A DNA stretch of 64,000 nucleotides from NCBI GenBank assembly GCA_043775315.1, contig JAYVSO010000069.1, positions 748-64,747 of the forward strand. The letters are read 5' to 3'. Each line of letters opens with the position of its first letter. The first letter of the stretch is position 1. This document shows positions 41,042 to 50,429 of this stretch, in pieces. A program made the translations under genes and the position numbers. Origin of the DNA: Verrucomicrobiota bacterium. Its GTDB lineage: Bacteria > Verrucomicrobiota > Verrucomicrobiia > Limisphaerales > CANJSG01. Below the pieces are notes generated by a model. It searched no databases and was not told the origin of the DNA. It worked only from the letters and a program-made list of their open reading frames with translations.

Positions 41042-41980
41042 TCAAAAATACCCGGCCTTCTTCCGGTCTTCCATCGCGGCTTCGCTGGCCTTGTCGTCGG
41101 CGCGGGTGCCGCGTTCGGTCACGCGGGCGGCGGCGACTTCGCCGATGATGTCGTCCACTGTCGTGGCCGGGCTGTCGATCATGCCGGTGCTGATCATGTC
41201 GGCGATGGTGCGGACCCGGCAGACCTTGGACTGGACCGGCTCGTTCGACTTCGGACGGCCGCCCGCGAAAGGATCGGGCTTGGTCGTGTCGGTGTGCGGC
41301 GGGGGGACGGGCAGCCATTGGCCGCCGCGACGGAAGACTTCGCGGGTGTGGCTGAAGTAGATGTTCGGAACCTCCAGCTTCTCCTGCCTGATGTATTCCC
41401 AGACGTCCATCTCGGTCCAGTTGGAGAGCGGGAAGACGCGCATGTTTTCGCCGGCGTTGAGGCGGGCGTTGTAGAGGTTCCAGATCTCGGGACGCTGGTT
41501 CTTCGGATCCCATTGGCCGAACGCGTCGCGGAAGCTGAAAAAGCGCTCCTTGGCGCGGGCCTTTTCCTCGTCGCGCCGCGCACCGCCGATGGCGCAATCG
41601 AAACGGAACTCCTCGATGGCTCCGAGGAGCACGGGGATCTGGAGCTTGTTGCGGCTGACTTCGCCGGGCGCCACGGTTGCGGTGCCGTTGGCGATGGCCT
41701 GGTCCACGGTGCGGACGATGAGCTTTGCGCCGAGCTGCTTGGCGCGGCGGTCGCGAAATTCGAGCAATTCGGGAAACTCGTGGCCGGTCTCGACGTTGAG
41801 GAACGGCATCGGAATGTCGGAGGGGCGGAAGGCCTTCTCCGCGAGGCGAAGAAGGCAGATGGAGTCCTTGCCGCCGGAGAAGAGGAGCGCGGGGCGTTCG
41901 AACTCGGCCGCCACTTCACGCATGATGTGGATGGCCTCGGTCTCGAGATACTGGAGGTGATCTAGCTGGTAGGAACTCAT
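41042..41980 (-). CDS. cysD: Sulfate adenylyltransferase subunit 2
   Basis: LFSGGKDS, GGARRDEEKARAKER, WDPKNQRPE, RVFPLSNWTE, MEDRKKAGYF. Confidence 0.97.
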   Translation of the reverse strand: MSSYQLDHLQYLETEAIHIMREVAAEFERPALLFSGGKDSICLLRLAEKAFRPSDIPMPFLNVETGHEFPELLEFRDRRAKQLGAKLIVRTVDQAIANGTATVAPGEVSRNKLQIPVLLGAIEEFRFDCAIGGARRDEEKARAKERFFSFRDAFGQWDPKNQRPEIWNLYNARLNAGENMRVFPLSNWTEMDVWEYIRQEKLEVPNIYFSHTREVFRRGGQWLPVPPPHTDTTKPDPFAGGRPKSNEPVQSKVCRVRTIADMISTGMIDSPATTVDDIIGEVAAARVTERGTRADDKASEAAMEDRKKAGYF

Positions 41981-42003
41981 GGACAAATCTCCTTAACCAC
42001 GGG

Positions 42004-42669
42004 TCACGCTTGGGCCACCGCTTTACCACCCCAGGCGGCGTGCAGACCGCACTCGCGTTTTTCATCGGCTTTGGCGGGATCGAAGTAGTCCCACTCGTTC
42101 GGCAGGTTGTGCTCCTTCAAGTAGGACTCCATCTCGCCGTCGCTCCAGTGGAAGACGGGGCTGAGCTTGAGGGAATCGAAGTTGCCGTCGGTTGACACGA
42201 TGTCGAGACCGGCGCGGTTCGGGTTCTGCACCTTGCGCAGGGCGGTTATCCAGACGGTGGGCGCGAGTTCCTTCATGCCGCGCTGGAAGGGTTCCAGCTT
42301 CATGGCGGTGCTGAACGCCTTGATGCGTTCCTCATTCTCCGGCGTGGGCTCGGGCATGCCGCCGAAGACGGCGTCGTAGTGGGCGGCGGTCACTTTGGGA
42401 ATGTAGGCCTTGATGTTCAGCTTGAGCCGGGACTTCAACGCCTCGGCGTGCTTGTAGGTGGCGGGACGGTTGTAGCCGTGGTCGACCCAAAGCACCTGGA
42501 TGTCCGGCTGCACCTGGGTGACGAGGTGCAATACCACGGCCTCATAGGGACGAAAATTCGTCGAGACGATGGCGCGGCCACCGGCCTGGGCGAGCCCCCA
42601 CTTGACGATGTCGTGGGCGGACTTGTTCCGGAGATCGGCGTTGGCCTGGGCGATTTGGTCAGGAGTCAT
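42004..42669 (-). CDS. cysH: PAPS/APS reductase family protein
   Basis: VLWVDHGY, KLEPF, WITALRK, C-terminal ECGLH. Confidence 0.9.
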   Translation of the reverse strand: MTPDQIAQANADLRNKSAHDIVKWGLAQAGGRAIVSTNFRPYEAVVLHLVTQVQPDIQVLWVDHGYNRPATYKHAEALKSRLKLNIKAYIPKVTAAHYDAVFGGMPEPTPENEERIKAFSTAMKLEPFQRGMKELAPTVWITALRKVQNPNRAGLDIVSTDGNFDSLKLSPVFHWSDGEMESYLKEHNLPNEWDYFDPAKADEKRECGLHAAWGGKAVAQA

Positions 42670-42673
42670 GGCA

Positions 42674-43129
42674 TTAGGCTTCGGGCAAGTTTTCAAGATC
42701 GGCGAGATCCTTGTAGCGACCGCTGGCTTTCTTGTTGGTGCGCAGATCCGCCAGTGAAATCACTTTCACCGGGGCACCTTCGATCTCGGTTTCGATCCTG
42801 TTCGGATAAGCGGCGGAAAACGTTACGCCGGACGCGTTCTGGATCACCTCGATCTTGGTCGGGACCCGGCCGAGATACAGCGTTTCGTTGTTCTTCAAAA
42901 AATTCATGTCCAAGCCGGCGAGATCCTCGCCGAAAAAGAGCCTTACTGCCTCAAGGAGGCGCTCGAAGTTGGCGTCGGAAACCGCGATCCAGAAGTCGAT
43001 ATCCTCCGTGAAGCGGTGGTAGCCGTAGTGGTTCACGGCAAAGCCACCGACGAGGAGGTATTCAACTCCGGCTCGGTTCAGACACTCCAAAAATCCTCTG
43101 AACTCGGGCGTTAATTGCCTCTTCGCCAT
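42674..43129 (-). CDS. Nucleotidyltransferase-fold protein (DUF6036-like)
   Basis: YLLVGGFAVNHYGYHRFTEDID, DLRTNKKASGRYKDLADL. Confidence 0.85.
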   Translation of the reverse strand: MAKRQLTPEFRGFLECLNRAGVEYLLVGGFAVNHYGYHRFTEDIDFWIAVSDANFERLLEAVRLFFGEDLAGLDMNFLKNNETLYLGRVPTKIEVIQNASGVTFSAAYPNRIETEIEGAPVKVISLADLRTNKKASGRYKDLADLENLPEA

Positions 43130-43286
43130 AGATTCGGATTCGCAGTTCCTCCAATGCCTCCCAGCGTTGTTGGGGAGTCTTGGAGCGCCAGTAGTGTCGG
43201 AGTTCCGCGTCGGCGTCGGACAAGCTGCGATACGAACCGAAGGTTTGATACGCGTCGTTCAGTTTGGCCGGCTCCGAGGAGTTCAT
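43062..43286 (-). CDS. Small partner protein of the nucleotidyltransferase (putative antitoxin-like)
   Basis: YWRSKTPQQRWEALEELR helix motif; overlaps NTase 5' end by 68 nt. Confidence 0.65.
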   Translation of the reverse strand: MNSSEPAKLNDAYQTFGSYRSLSDADAELRHYWRSKTPQQRWEALEELRIRIYGEEAINARVQRIFGVSEPSRS

Positions 43287-43305
43287 CGCGGTCTTGAGCG
43301 GCCTT

Positions 43306-45018
43306 TCAATTCGCAGCCGCAGCCGCTTCTGGCTGTTCCTTCCAATACACACGCTCGACCCAGTCGCCGAAGCGTTCGCCGGCGAGGCGTTCGGCCTTGT
43401 AGCGGACGAGGAGCGGGCGCAGTTCGGCTTCGGTGTCGGGTTCCTTGAGCAGGTCTTTCCAGACCTTGTTGAGGCGCGTGCCGTTCTGGTTGCCGCCGAG
43501 CCAGACCTGGTAGCGGCCGGGGCCTTTGCCCACGAACCCGATCTCGGCCATGTAGGGACGCGCGCAGCCGTTCGGGCAGCCAGTCATGCGGATGATGATC
43601 TCCTGATCGCTCAGGCCCACGTCGGCGCAGACGGCTTCGATGCGGTCGATGAGGGTGGGCAGGAAGCGCTCGGACTCGGCGAGGCCCAGGCCGCAGGTCG
43701 GCATGGACGGGCAGGACATCGCGGCGGCGTGCAACAGGCTGGCTTGCTTCTCGGTCTTCACGCCGTGCTCATGGAGCAACGCGGTGATGGCGTCCTTCTC
43801 GTCGTCGGTCACGTTCGCGAGGAGGACGTTTTGGTTGGCGGAGAGGCGGAACTCGACGTTGCCGAACTGCTCGGCCACGCGGCGCAGGGCGGTCTTCTGC
43901 TTGGCCTTGTCGGTGTCCTTGATGCGGCCGGACTCGACGAAGAGCGTCAGGAACCAACGGCCATCAAGGCCCTTCTGCCATCCGTAGGTGTCGGAAGTGG
44001 TCGTGAACTTGACCGGCTTCGGATCTTCCAGCTTGGCATCGATGCGTTTCTCGACTTCGCCGCGGAACCAGGCGGCACCCTTCTCTTCCAGCACATACTT
44101 GAGGCGGGCGTGCTTGCGGTCGGTGCGGTCACCGAAGTCCCGGTGGATGGTCAGGACAGCCTTGGAAACGGCGATCAGTTTCTCGCGGGTGAAGAACCCG
44201 ACGACGTCCGCCAAACGCGGGTAGGTCATGGTGTTGCCGTGGCTTCGCCCCATGCCGCCGCCGGCGGTGAGGTTGTAGCCCACCAGTTTGTCGTTCTCGA
44301 TGATGGCGGTGAAGCCCATGCAGTTGGTAAAGACGTCCATGTCGTTCACCGGCGGAATGACGAAGGCGATCTTGAACTTCCGGGGCAGGTATTGCGCGCC
44401 GTAAAGGGGATCGACGAACCCCTTGTTCTCCTCGGCGTCCAGGTTGAGCTGCACGCCGTCGATCCAAATGGCGTGGTAGGCCTTGGTCTGGGGAAGGAGC
44501 GCCTCGGAGACGGCCTTGGAATCTTCATAAACCTGCTTGCGCGCCGTGGTGATGGCGGGCGCGGGCGAGGCCATGACGTTGCGGTTCACGTCGCCGCAGG
44601 CCGCCAGGGTGTCGACCATCGCCTGGTTGATCTCCTTCATCAGGGGCCCGAGGCGATCCTTGACGACGCCGTGGAACTGGATGCTTTGGCGCGTGGTGAC
44701 GCGCAGGGTATTGTTCGCGCGGTTGGTCGCAAGGTCATCCATCGCGATCCACTGCTTCGCACTGAGGACGCCGCCGGGGATGCGGCCGCGGATCATCCAG
44801 ATGTAGAGCTTGCCGGTCTTGCGGAGGTCGCGGTCATCCTGCTGATAGATTCCGTGGAACTTGAGGAACTGCTCATCATCGCCGGAAAAGCATGCCGCCG
44901 AAGGATCATGGAGAGTCGCGGCGATGTTGCCGGCCAAAGTTGGAATGGCGATCTTCAGGTGCTCGTTCTTGACGAGCGGCTTCTCGGAAACAGGTGCTTT
45001 GACAGCGACTTCGGACAT
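43306..45018 (-). CDS. cysI: Sulfite reductase hemoprotein subunit
   Basis: KFHGIYQQDDRD, TTRQSIQFHG, ACGDVNRNV, YLPRKFK, CPSMPTC and TGCPNGC siroheme/Fe-S ligands. Confidence 0.95.
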   Translation of the reverse strand: MSEVAVKAPVSEKPLVKNEHLKIAIPTLAGNIAATLHDPSAACFSGDDEQFLKFHGIYQQDDRDLRKTGKLYIWMIRGRIPGGVLSAKQWIAMDDLATNRANNTLRVTTRQSIQFHGVVKDRLGPLMKEINQAMVDTLAACGDVNRNVMASPAPAITTARKQVYEDSKAVSEALLPQTKAYHAIWIDGVQLNLDAEENKGFVDPLYGAQYLPRKFKIAFVIPPVNDMDVFTNCMGFTAIIENDKLVGYNLTAGGGMGRSHGNTMTYPRLADVVGFFTREKLIAVSKAVLTIHRDFGDRTDRKHARLKYVLEEKGAAWFRGEVEKRIDAKLEDPKPVKFTTTSDTYGWQKGLDGRWFLTLFVESGRIKDTDKAKQKTALRRVAEQFGNVEFRLSANQNVLLANVTDDEKDAITALLHEHGVKTEKQASLLHAAAMSCPSMPTCGLGLAESERFLPTLIDRIEAVCADVGLSDQEIIIRMTGCPNGCARPYMAEIGFVGKGPGRYQVWLGGNQNGTRLNKVWKDLLKEPDTEAELRPLLVRYKAERLAGERFGDWVERVYWKEQPEAAAAAN

Positions 45019-45255
45019 ATACTTAAGTTAGTTGCAGATGTTAAGTAGGTAAAAGAAAACCCACCGCTTAATAAAAGGCAAGGGAGTTTGCGGCACCCGT
45101 GCTTCGGAAGCAATTGGGGATTCAGTCCGCAGGAGGCTGCTGCAACTCGGTGGCAACGGATGATGGCCACCCCGGACTTGCGCCGAGCGGCTCCCCCTCT
45201 AAGGTTGCTGACCCGGTGGCCTTCACCCGTCCCAGGCCGCCAAGTCACAGCCGAT

Positions 45256-46506
45256 ATGAGCGCACAGCAGAAGTTCTATTATTTCGACAACAACGCCACG
45301 ACCCGCGTCGCCCCCGAGGTGGTCGACGCCATGATTCCGTTCCTGCGCGAGATGTGGGGCAACCCCTCCAGCGCCTATTCCTTCGGAGCCCAGGTCCACG
45401 GCCATGTCGAAAAAGCCCGCGAACAGGTGGCCGCGCTCATCAACGCCGATCCAAAGGAGGTCGTCTTCACCAGCTGCGGCACCGAGTCCAACAATTCGGC
45501 CATCCATAGCGCGCTGGTAACCAACCCGACGAAGAAGCACGTCATCACCACGGCCGTTGAGCATTCGGCCAACATCAACTTCGGCGAATACCTCCAGAAA
45601 CGCGGCTACGAGGTGACCTACCTGCCGGTCGATTCCGACGGCCAGCTCGACCTCGGACTGCTGGAGAAATCCATCCGGCCCGACACCGCCATCGTCTCCG
45701 TCATGTGGGCCAACAACGAGACCGGCGTCGTCTTCCCCATCGAGGAGATCGCCGCCATCTGCCGCGGCAAAGGAGTGCTTTGCCACACCGACGCCGTGCA
45801 GACGCCGGGCAAGCTCAAGATCGACGTGAAGGCCCTGGGCGTGGATTTCCTCAGCCTTTCCGCCCACAAGCTCCACGCACCGAAAGGCATCGGCCTGCTC
45901 TACGTGAAGCGCCGGACCAAGTTCCAGCCCTACGTCATCGGTGGCCATCAGGAACGCGGCAAACGCGGCGGCACCGAGAACGTGGCCAACATCGTCGGCT
46001 TCGGCCGGGCGGCCGATCTGGCCATCGCCACCCTCGACGAGGAAAACACCCGCGTCCGCGCGCTGCGCGACCGGCTCGAATCCTTCATCCTGACGGCCAT
46101 CCCCAACACCCTCCGCAACGGGGCCAAGGAACCGCGCCTGCCCAACACGACGAACATCTGTTTCGAGTTCGTCGAGGCGGAGGCCATCCTCCTGTTGTTG
46201 GACGGCGTTGGCATCTGTGCCAGCTCCGGTTCCGCCTGCACGACGGGTTCTCTCGATCCGTCCCACGTCCTGTCCGCCATGGGACTGACTCCGATGCGCG
46301 CCCGCGGTTCCGTCCGCTTCAGCCTCGGCATCTACAACACCGAGGAGGAGGTCGACTTCCTCATCAAACATTTGCCCGGGATCATCGCCAAACTTCGTTC
46401 AATCTCCCCTTTGAATCCGTCCCATCCGGACAACGACAAATACGACGTCGCAGGCGCCCGCGAGAAACACGAGAAGGACCTCGCCGAGGCCGTGGGCAAG
46501 GAGTGA
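45256..46506 (+). CDS. nifS: Cysteine desulfurase (NifS/IscS type)
   Basis: YFDNNATT, GNPSS, MWANNETG, HTDAVQ, SAHKLH, SSGSACT. Confidence 0.93.
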   Translation: MSAQQKFYYFDNNATTRVAPEVVDAMIPFLREMWGNPSSAYSFGAQVHGHVEKAREQVAALINADPKEVVFTSCGTESNNSAIHSALVTNPTKKHVITTAVEHSANINFGEYLQKRGYEVTYLPVDSDGQLDLGLLEKSIRPDTAIVSVMWANNETGVVFPIEEIAAICRGKGVLCHTDAVQTPGKLKIDVKALGVDFLSLSAHKLHAPKGIGLLYVKRRTKFQPYVIGGHQERGKRGGTENVANIVGFGRAADLAIATLDEENTRVRALRDRLESFILTAIPNTLRNGAKEPRLPNTTNICFEFVEAEAILLLLDGVGICASSGSACTTGSLDPSHVLSAMGLTPMRARGSVRFSLGIYNTEEEVDFLIKHLPGIIAKLRSISPLNPSHPDNDKYDVAGAREKHEKDLAEAVGKE

Positions 46507-46535
46507 CCGGGCTTCACTTTTCGAACTAACCTCGC

Positions 46536-46568
46536 AAGGCCGTCCAAATCGGACGGCCTTTTCATTTT
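46536..46568 (+). terminator. Intrinsic terminator
   Basis: AAGGCCGTCC-aaatc-GGACGGCCTT then TTCATTTT. Confidence 0.8.
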
Positions 46569-46680
46569 CAGCGGCAAATGCCGCCGAAGAGGGATGTAAC
46601 CGGAATCCAGAAGGATGGTCGTTAGGCCCGCAGCTCTTGAACACAAACGGTTCCTGAATAGTCTCGCCTTCGAATTTGCC

Positions 46681-48114
46681 ATGAATGTCTCAACCAAACT
46701 CACCACACTTCTCGGCTCGATGCTTCTGGGAAGCCTCAGCCTGACCGCCGCCGAACTTGATCCCGCCCAGCAATGGCCCAATTGGCGCGGGCCTCTCGCG
46801 AATGGATCGACGTCCACGGCGACCCCGCCCACCGAGTTCGGCGAGCAGAAGAACCTCAAGTGGAAGGTCGCAATTCCCGGCTCAGGCACGGCCACGCCCA
46901 TAGTTTGGGGCGACAAGATCTTTGTCCAAACCGCCATCCCGACAGGCAAGCGCGCCAATGGCACGCCCGTGGCGGCATTGACCAGTGGACCATCGGTCAT
47001 GGCCCAAGCGACTCCGCCGCCGCCAGGTGGGCCCGGCCAAGGGAAGCGTCGCCCGGGTGGTCCCGGTGGTCCGGGAGGACCGGGCGGCGGAATGCGGGGC
47101 GAACAGCCCGTTGAAGTTTTCCAATTCGCCGTCCTCTGCCTCGACCGCAACACGGGAAAGACCCTTTGGACAAAAGTCGTCCGCGAACAGGTTCCACACG
47201 AAGGCCATCATCAGACCCACGGCTATGCTTCGGGCTCGCCGGTCACCGACGGCAAGATGCTCTACGCCTACTTCGGATCCCGCGGCCTCTACGCGATGGA
47301 CTTCTCTGGAAACATCAAATGGGAGAAGGATTTTGGCGACCAGCAGACGCGGAACGGCTTCGGCGAAGGCACTTCCCCCGCACTGGCCGGCGACCGGATC
47401 ATCATCAACTGGGACCATGAGGGCGACGATGACTTCATCGTTGCCGTCGACAAAACCACCGGTAAGGAACTCTGGCGGAAGCCGCGCTCCGAAGCCACGA
47501 CGTGGTCCACGCCCTTCATCGTCGAACACAACGGAATCACCCAGGCCATCGTCAACGCCACCGGCAAGGTCCGTTCCTACGATGTGAAGAACGGCGAAAT
47601 CCTCTGGGAATGCGGCGGCCAGACGGTGAACGCCATCCCGTCGGTCGTCGCCATCGACGGACTGGCCATCGCCATGAGCGGCTTCCGTGGCAGCGCCCTG
47701 AATGCCATCAAACTTGGTTCCAAGGGCGACATCACGGGCACCGACTCCGTCGTCTGGACCCACAACAAAGGCACGCCCTATGTGCCGTCTCCCCTGCTCT
47801 ACGGAGGCAAGTTGTATTTCTTCTCCGGCAACGAGGCCCTCCTCTCGATTTTCGACGCCAAAACCGGCGAACGACATGTCGAAACCGAAAGGATCAGCGG
47901 ACTGACTGGTGTCTACGCTTCGCCCCTCGGCGCGGGCGGCAACGTCTACCTCGCCGGACGCGATGGCGGCATGGTCGTCATCAAGCAGGGCACCAAAGTT
48001 GAAACCGTCTCCAAAACCCGGCTTGATGAGCCAATCGACGCCCAGCCCGTGGCCGTGGGCAAGGAACTGATCATCCGCGGCAGCAAGAGTCTCTATTCGT
48101 TCGCAGCCAAGTGA
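46681..48114 (+). CDS. Secreted PQQ-binding-like beta-propeller repeat protein
   Basis: Signal peptide, WPNWRGP, TPIVWGDKIF, repeated D..TG..LW; Gly/Pro insert. Confidence 0.88.
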   Translation: MNVSTKLTTLLGSMLLGSLSLTAAELDPAQQWPNWRGPLANGSTSTATPPTEFGEQKNLKWKVAIPGSGTATPIVWGDKIFVQTAIPTGKRANGTPVAALTSGPSVMAQATPPPPGGPGQGKRRPGGPGGPGGPGGGMRGEQPVEVFQFAVLCLDRNTGKTLWTKVVREQVPHEGHHQTHGYASGSPVTDGKMLYAYFGSRGLYAMDFSGNIKWEKDFGDQQTRNGFGEGTSPALAGDRIIINWDHEGDDDFIVAVDKTTGKELWRKPRSEATTWSTPFIVEHNGITQAIVNATGKVRSYDVKNGEILWECGGQTVNAIPSVVAIDGLAIAMSGFRGSALNAIKLGSKGDITGTDSVVWTHNKGTPYVPSPLLYGGKLYFFSGNEALLSIFDAKTGERHVETERISGLTGVYASPLGAGGNVYLAGRDGGMVVIKQGTKVETVSKTRLDEPIDAQPVAVGKELIIRGSKSLYSFAAK

Positions 48115-48135
48115 CCCCTCCGGTTTCGCATTCGC

Positions 48136-48172
48136 AGGCGCCGGGCTTCCAACCCGGCGCCTTTCCTTTTTT
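48136..48172 (+). terminator. Intrinsic terminator
   Basis: AGGCGCCGGG-cttccaa-CCCGGCGCCT then T-rich tract. Confidence 0.75.
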
Positions 48173-48336
48173 CCTAGGGCGTTGAAGACACCCTTCACCA
48201 TCGCCCCAAACCTGCCTACGAAGCCTCCGGGACCAGATGCACATTGACGGTCCATTGGACGGCCCTTAACTCATCCCATGACGGAGCGGCTCAAGACTGC
48301 GTAGGACGTGTCCGATGCATTGCCCGTCATAAAGCC

Positions 48337-49473
48337 ATGACATCTCAGGCCAATTTTATTTCCCGCCTCGCGCTCCTCGCTTCGATCGCCGCCGCATTGG
48401 TTGCCGGCCCGTCGCATATCCACGCTGCGGAAGCTTCCGCTCCCGGCCGCAAGGCGGCCCTCCTCGTCGAAAACCGCGCGGGCGAACAATACAAGAAGCA
48501 GGCGATGCTCCTGGAGGATCTCCTGCTCAGCCGCGCGGCCGGCCAGGGACTCACCCTCATCAGCCGCCAGGTCGTGACGGATGCGATCGCAAAGGAAGGC
48601 ACGGGCGCGAACCTAGACCAACTCCTGGGCGAAGGCACTTCCGCCCTCCGGCTTTCGCAGAATCTCGGCGTCGACTTCATCTTCTTCGCGGCTCTTTCCT
48701 CCGTGGCCAAGGACTCCCGCACGTTCAACGACGGCGATCTCAACGTGAAGAGCGACGTCCACACCATGCGCGTCACCTACAAGCTGGTCGAAGCCGGTGA
48801 AGGCGCCGCGCTGGCCGGCGACACGATCCGGGTTTCCAAGAGCATGCGCGGCACCCAGACCGCCGGCCAAGAATCGACCGAGATCTTCAACGAACTCATC
48901 GACGACGCCGTGGCCGGTTTGCTGAAGGCGTTTCCGGCGAAGACCGCGCAGATCGCCAAAACAGAAGTGTCCAGGCCCGCGTTGGTTGACGTTTCCATCG
49001 CCACCGTTCCCGTCGACCTGACCCAGCAGCCTTTACGTTTGCCCGACCTCCAAGTCGGGCCTGACGGCAGGGTCATCAAGGGTTCCGAAACTGTGGAAGT
49101 GACCCTCGCCGATGCCACCGTCGAAGCGAACGGCGTCGTTCTCGGCACCACTCCGGCCACGATCAAACTCCCGCCCGGCTTCAACAAGATCCGCATCACC
49201 CGCGCGGGCTACCGCCCCGTCGAACAGACGATCAACGCCATGCCCGGCCAGAAACTCCGCTTCACCCTCCAGCTCAGCGAAGCCGGCTACGACCGGTGGA
49301 AGGACAACGTGAAGTTCCTCCAGGACCTCGAGAACGACCGCAAGCTGACCGACGCGCAGGTGAAGGCCGTCGAGGGTTTCGCCAAGATGCTCGAACAGAG
49401 CGGCTACAAGGTCGACATCAGGGGCAAGTCCCTCTACGACGGCGCCACCGTTCAGGTGAAGAACAAGAACTGA
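48337..49473 (+). CDS. Secreted PEGA-domain protein
   Basis: Signal peptide; DATVEANGVVLGTTPATIKLPPGFNKIRITRAGY PEGA motif. Confidence 0.75.
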   Translation: MTSQANFISRLALLASIAAALVAGPSHIHAAEASAPGRKAALLVENRAGEQYKKQAMLLEDLLLSRAAGQGLTLISRQVVTDAIAKEGTGANLDQLLGEGTSALRLSQNLGVDFIFFAALSSVAKDSRTFNDGDLNVKSDVHTMRVTYKLVEAGEGAALAGDTIRVSKSMRGTQTAGQESTEIFNELIDDAVAGLLKAFPAKTAQIAKTEVSRPALVDVSIATVPVDLTQQPLRLPDLQVGPDGRVIKGSETVEVTLADATVEANGVVLGTTPATIKLPPGFNKIRITRAGYRPVEQTINAMPGQKLRFTLQLSEAGYDRWKDNVKFLQDLENDRKLTDAQVKAVEGFAKMLEQSGYKVDIRGKSLYDGATVQVKNKN

Positions 49474-49503
49474 CCCGCCTTCCGCCCAATTGAACCCGCT
49501 TCC

Positions 49504-50373
49504 ATGAAGACCCTTCTCCGTTCCCTCATCGCCTTCTCCGCCGTCGCCGTCGCGACTTCGACGTTCGCCCAGCGTGAAACCCTCGGCATCGGCCCCGTGA
49601 AAGCCGTTCCGGCCATCGCCGCCAAGCTGGCGCGCTCCGGCAAATCGCTTTCCGTCGACCAGATGACCCAGTCGCTCAACGAGCAGTTCATCGACCGGCT
49701 CAACGCCACGCGGAAGTTCCAGATCGTTTCCCGCAGCGACATCAAGGATCTCGTCACCGACGACGACAAGGCCAACGCCCTCAATCCCACGAAGGCCAAG
49801 GGCTTCAACCTCGTCGACACGAAGTATCTCGCCGTCCTCACCGTCGACGACTACGAGGACCAGACCGAACGCCTCGTGCAGAAGCTGGTCAACAAGACCC
49901 TGACCAAACGCACCATCCGCCTCTCCCTCATCACCAAGATCTACGAGACCAGCTCAGGCAAGCTGCTCGAGTCCGCCGCGAATTCCATCACCACGACCGA
50001 TGCTCAACAGACCCTCAACGAAACCGGCAACGACGCCGAAGCGACCGATGCCTTGATCCGCACCGTCATCAAGGATTCCGCCGAGTGGGCCGCCACCCGC
50101 ATCGCCGACGTCATCTTCCCGGCCAAGGTCGTCGCCAAGACCGACAAGACGGTCACCCTCAACCGCGGCGAAGGTTCCGGCGTCGCCAAGGGCGAAGTCT
50201 GGCGCGTGTTCGCCGTCGGCAAGGAACTGATCGATCCCGACACCAAGGAAGTCCTCGGCAAGGAAGAGGTCGAGATCGGCAAGATCCGCATCACCGACGT
50301 GCTGCCCAGGCTCTCCAAGGGCGAAGTCATCGAGGACCGCGGCATCGCCGAAGGCGCCATCGTCCGCAAGTAG
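49504..50373 (+). CDS. CsgG/HfaB-like protein with FlgT-like C-terminal domain
   Basis: Signal peptide, RKFQIVSRSDI, TLNRGEGSG, ELIDPDTKEVLG. Confidence 0.75.
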   Translation: MKTLLRSLIAFSAVAVATSTFAQRETLGIGPVKAVPAIAAKLARSGKSLSVDQMTQSLNEQFIDRLNATRKFQIVSRSDIKDLVTDDDKANALNPTKAKGFNLVDTKYLAVLTVDDYEDQTERLVQKLVNKTLTKRTIRLSLITKIYETSSGKLLESAANSITTTDAQQTLNETGNDAEATDALIRTVIKDSAEWAATRIADVIFPAKVVAKTDKTVTLNRGEGSGVAKGEVWRVFAVGKELIDPDTKEVLGKEEVEIGKIRITDVLPRLSKGEVIEDRGIAEGAIVRK

Positions 50374-50429
50374 GTCCTCCACCCGATGCCGGGCCGCTCT
50401 TCCGTCCGAAATCCCAAATCCCAATCCTG

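Noticed and set aside
47010-47100. GGTGGTCCC-type repeats in the PQQ-like gene and similar tracts in the YHYH genes
   Set aside because: Coding Gly/Pro low-complexity linkers, not CRISPR or DNA-level repeats.
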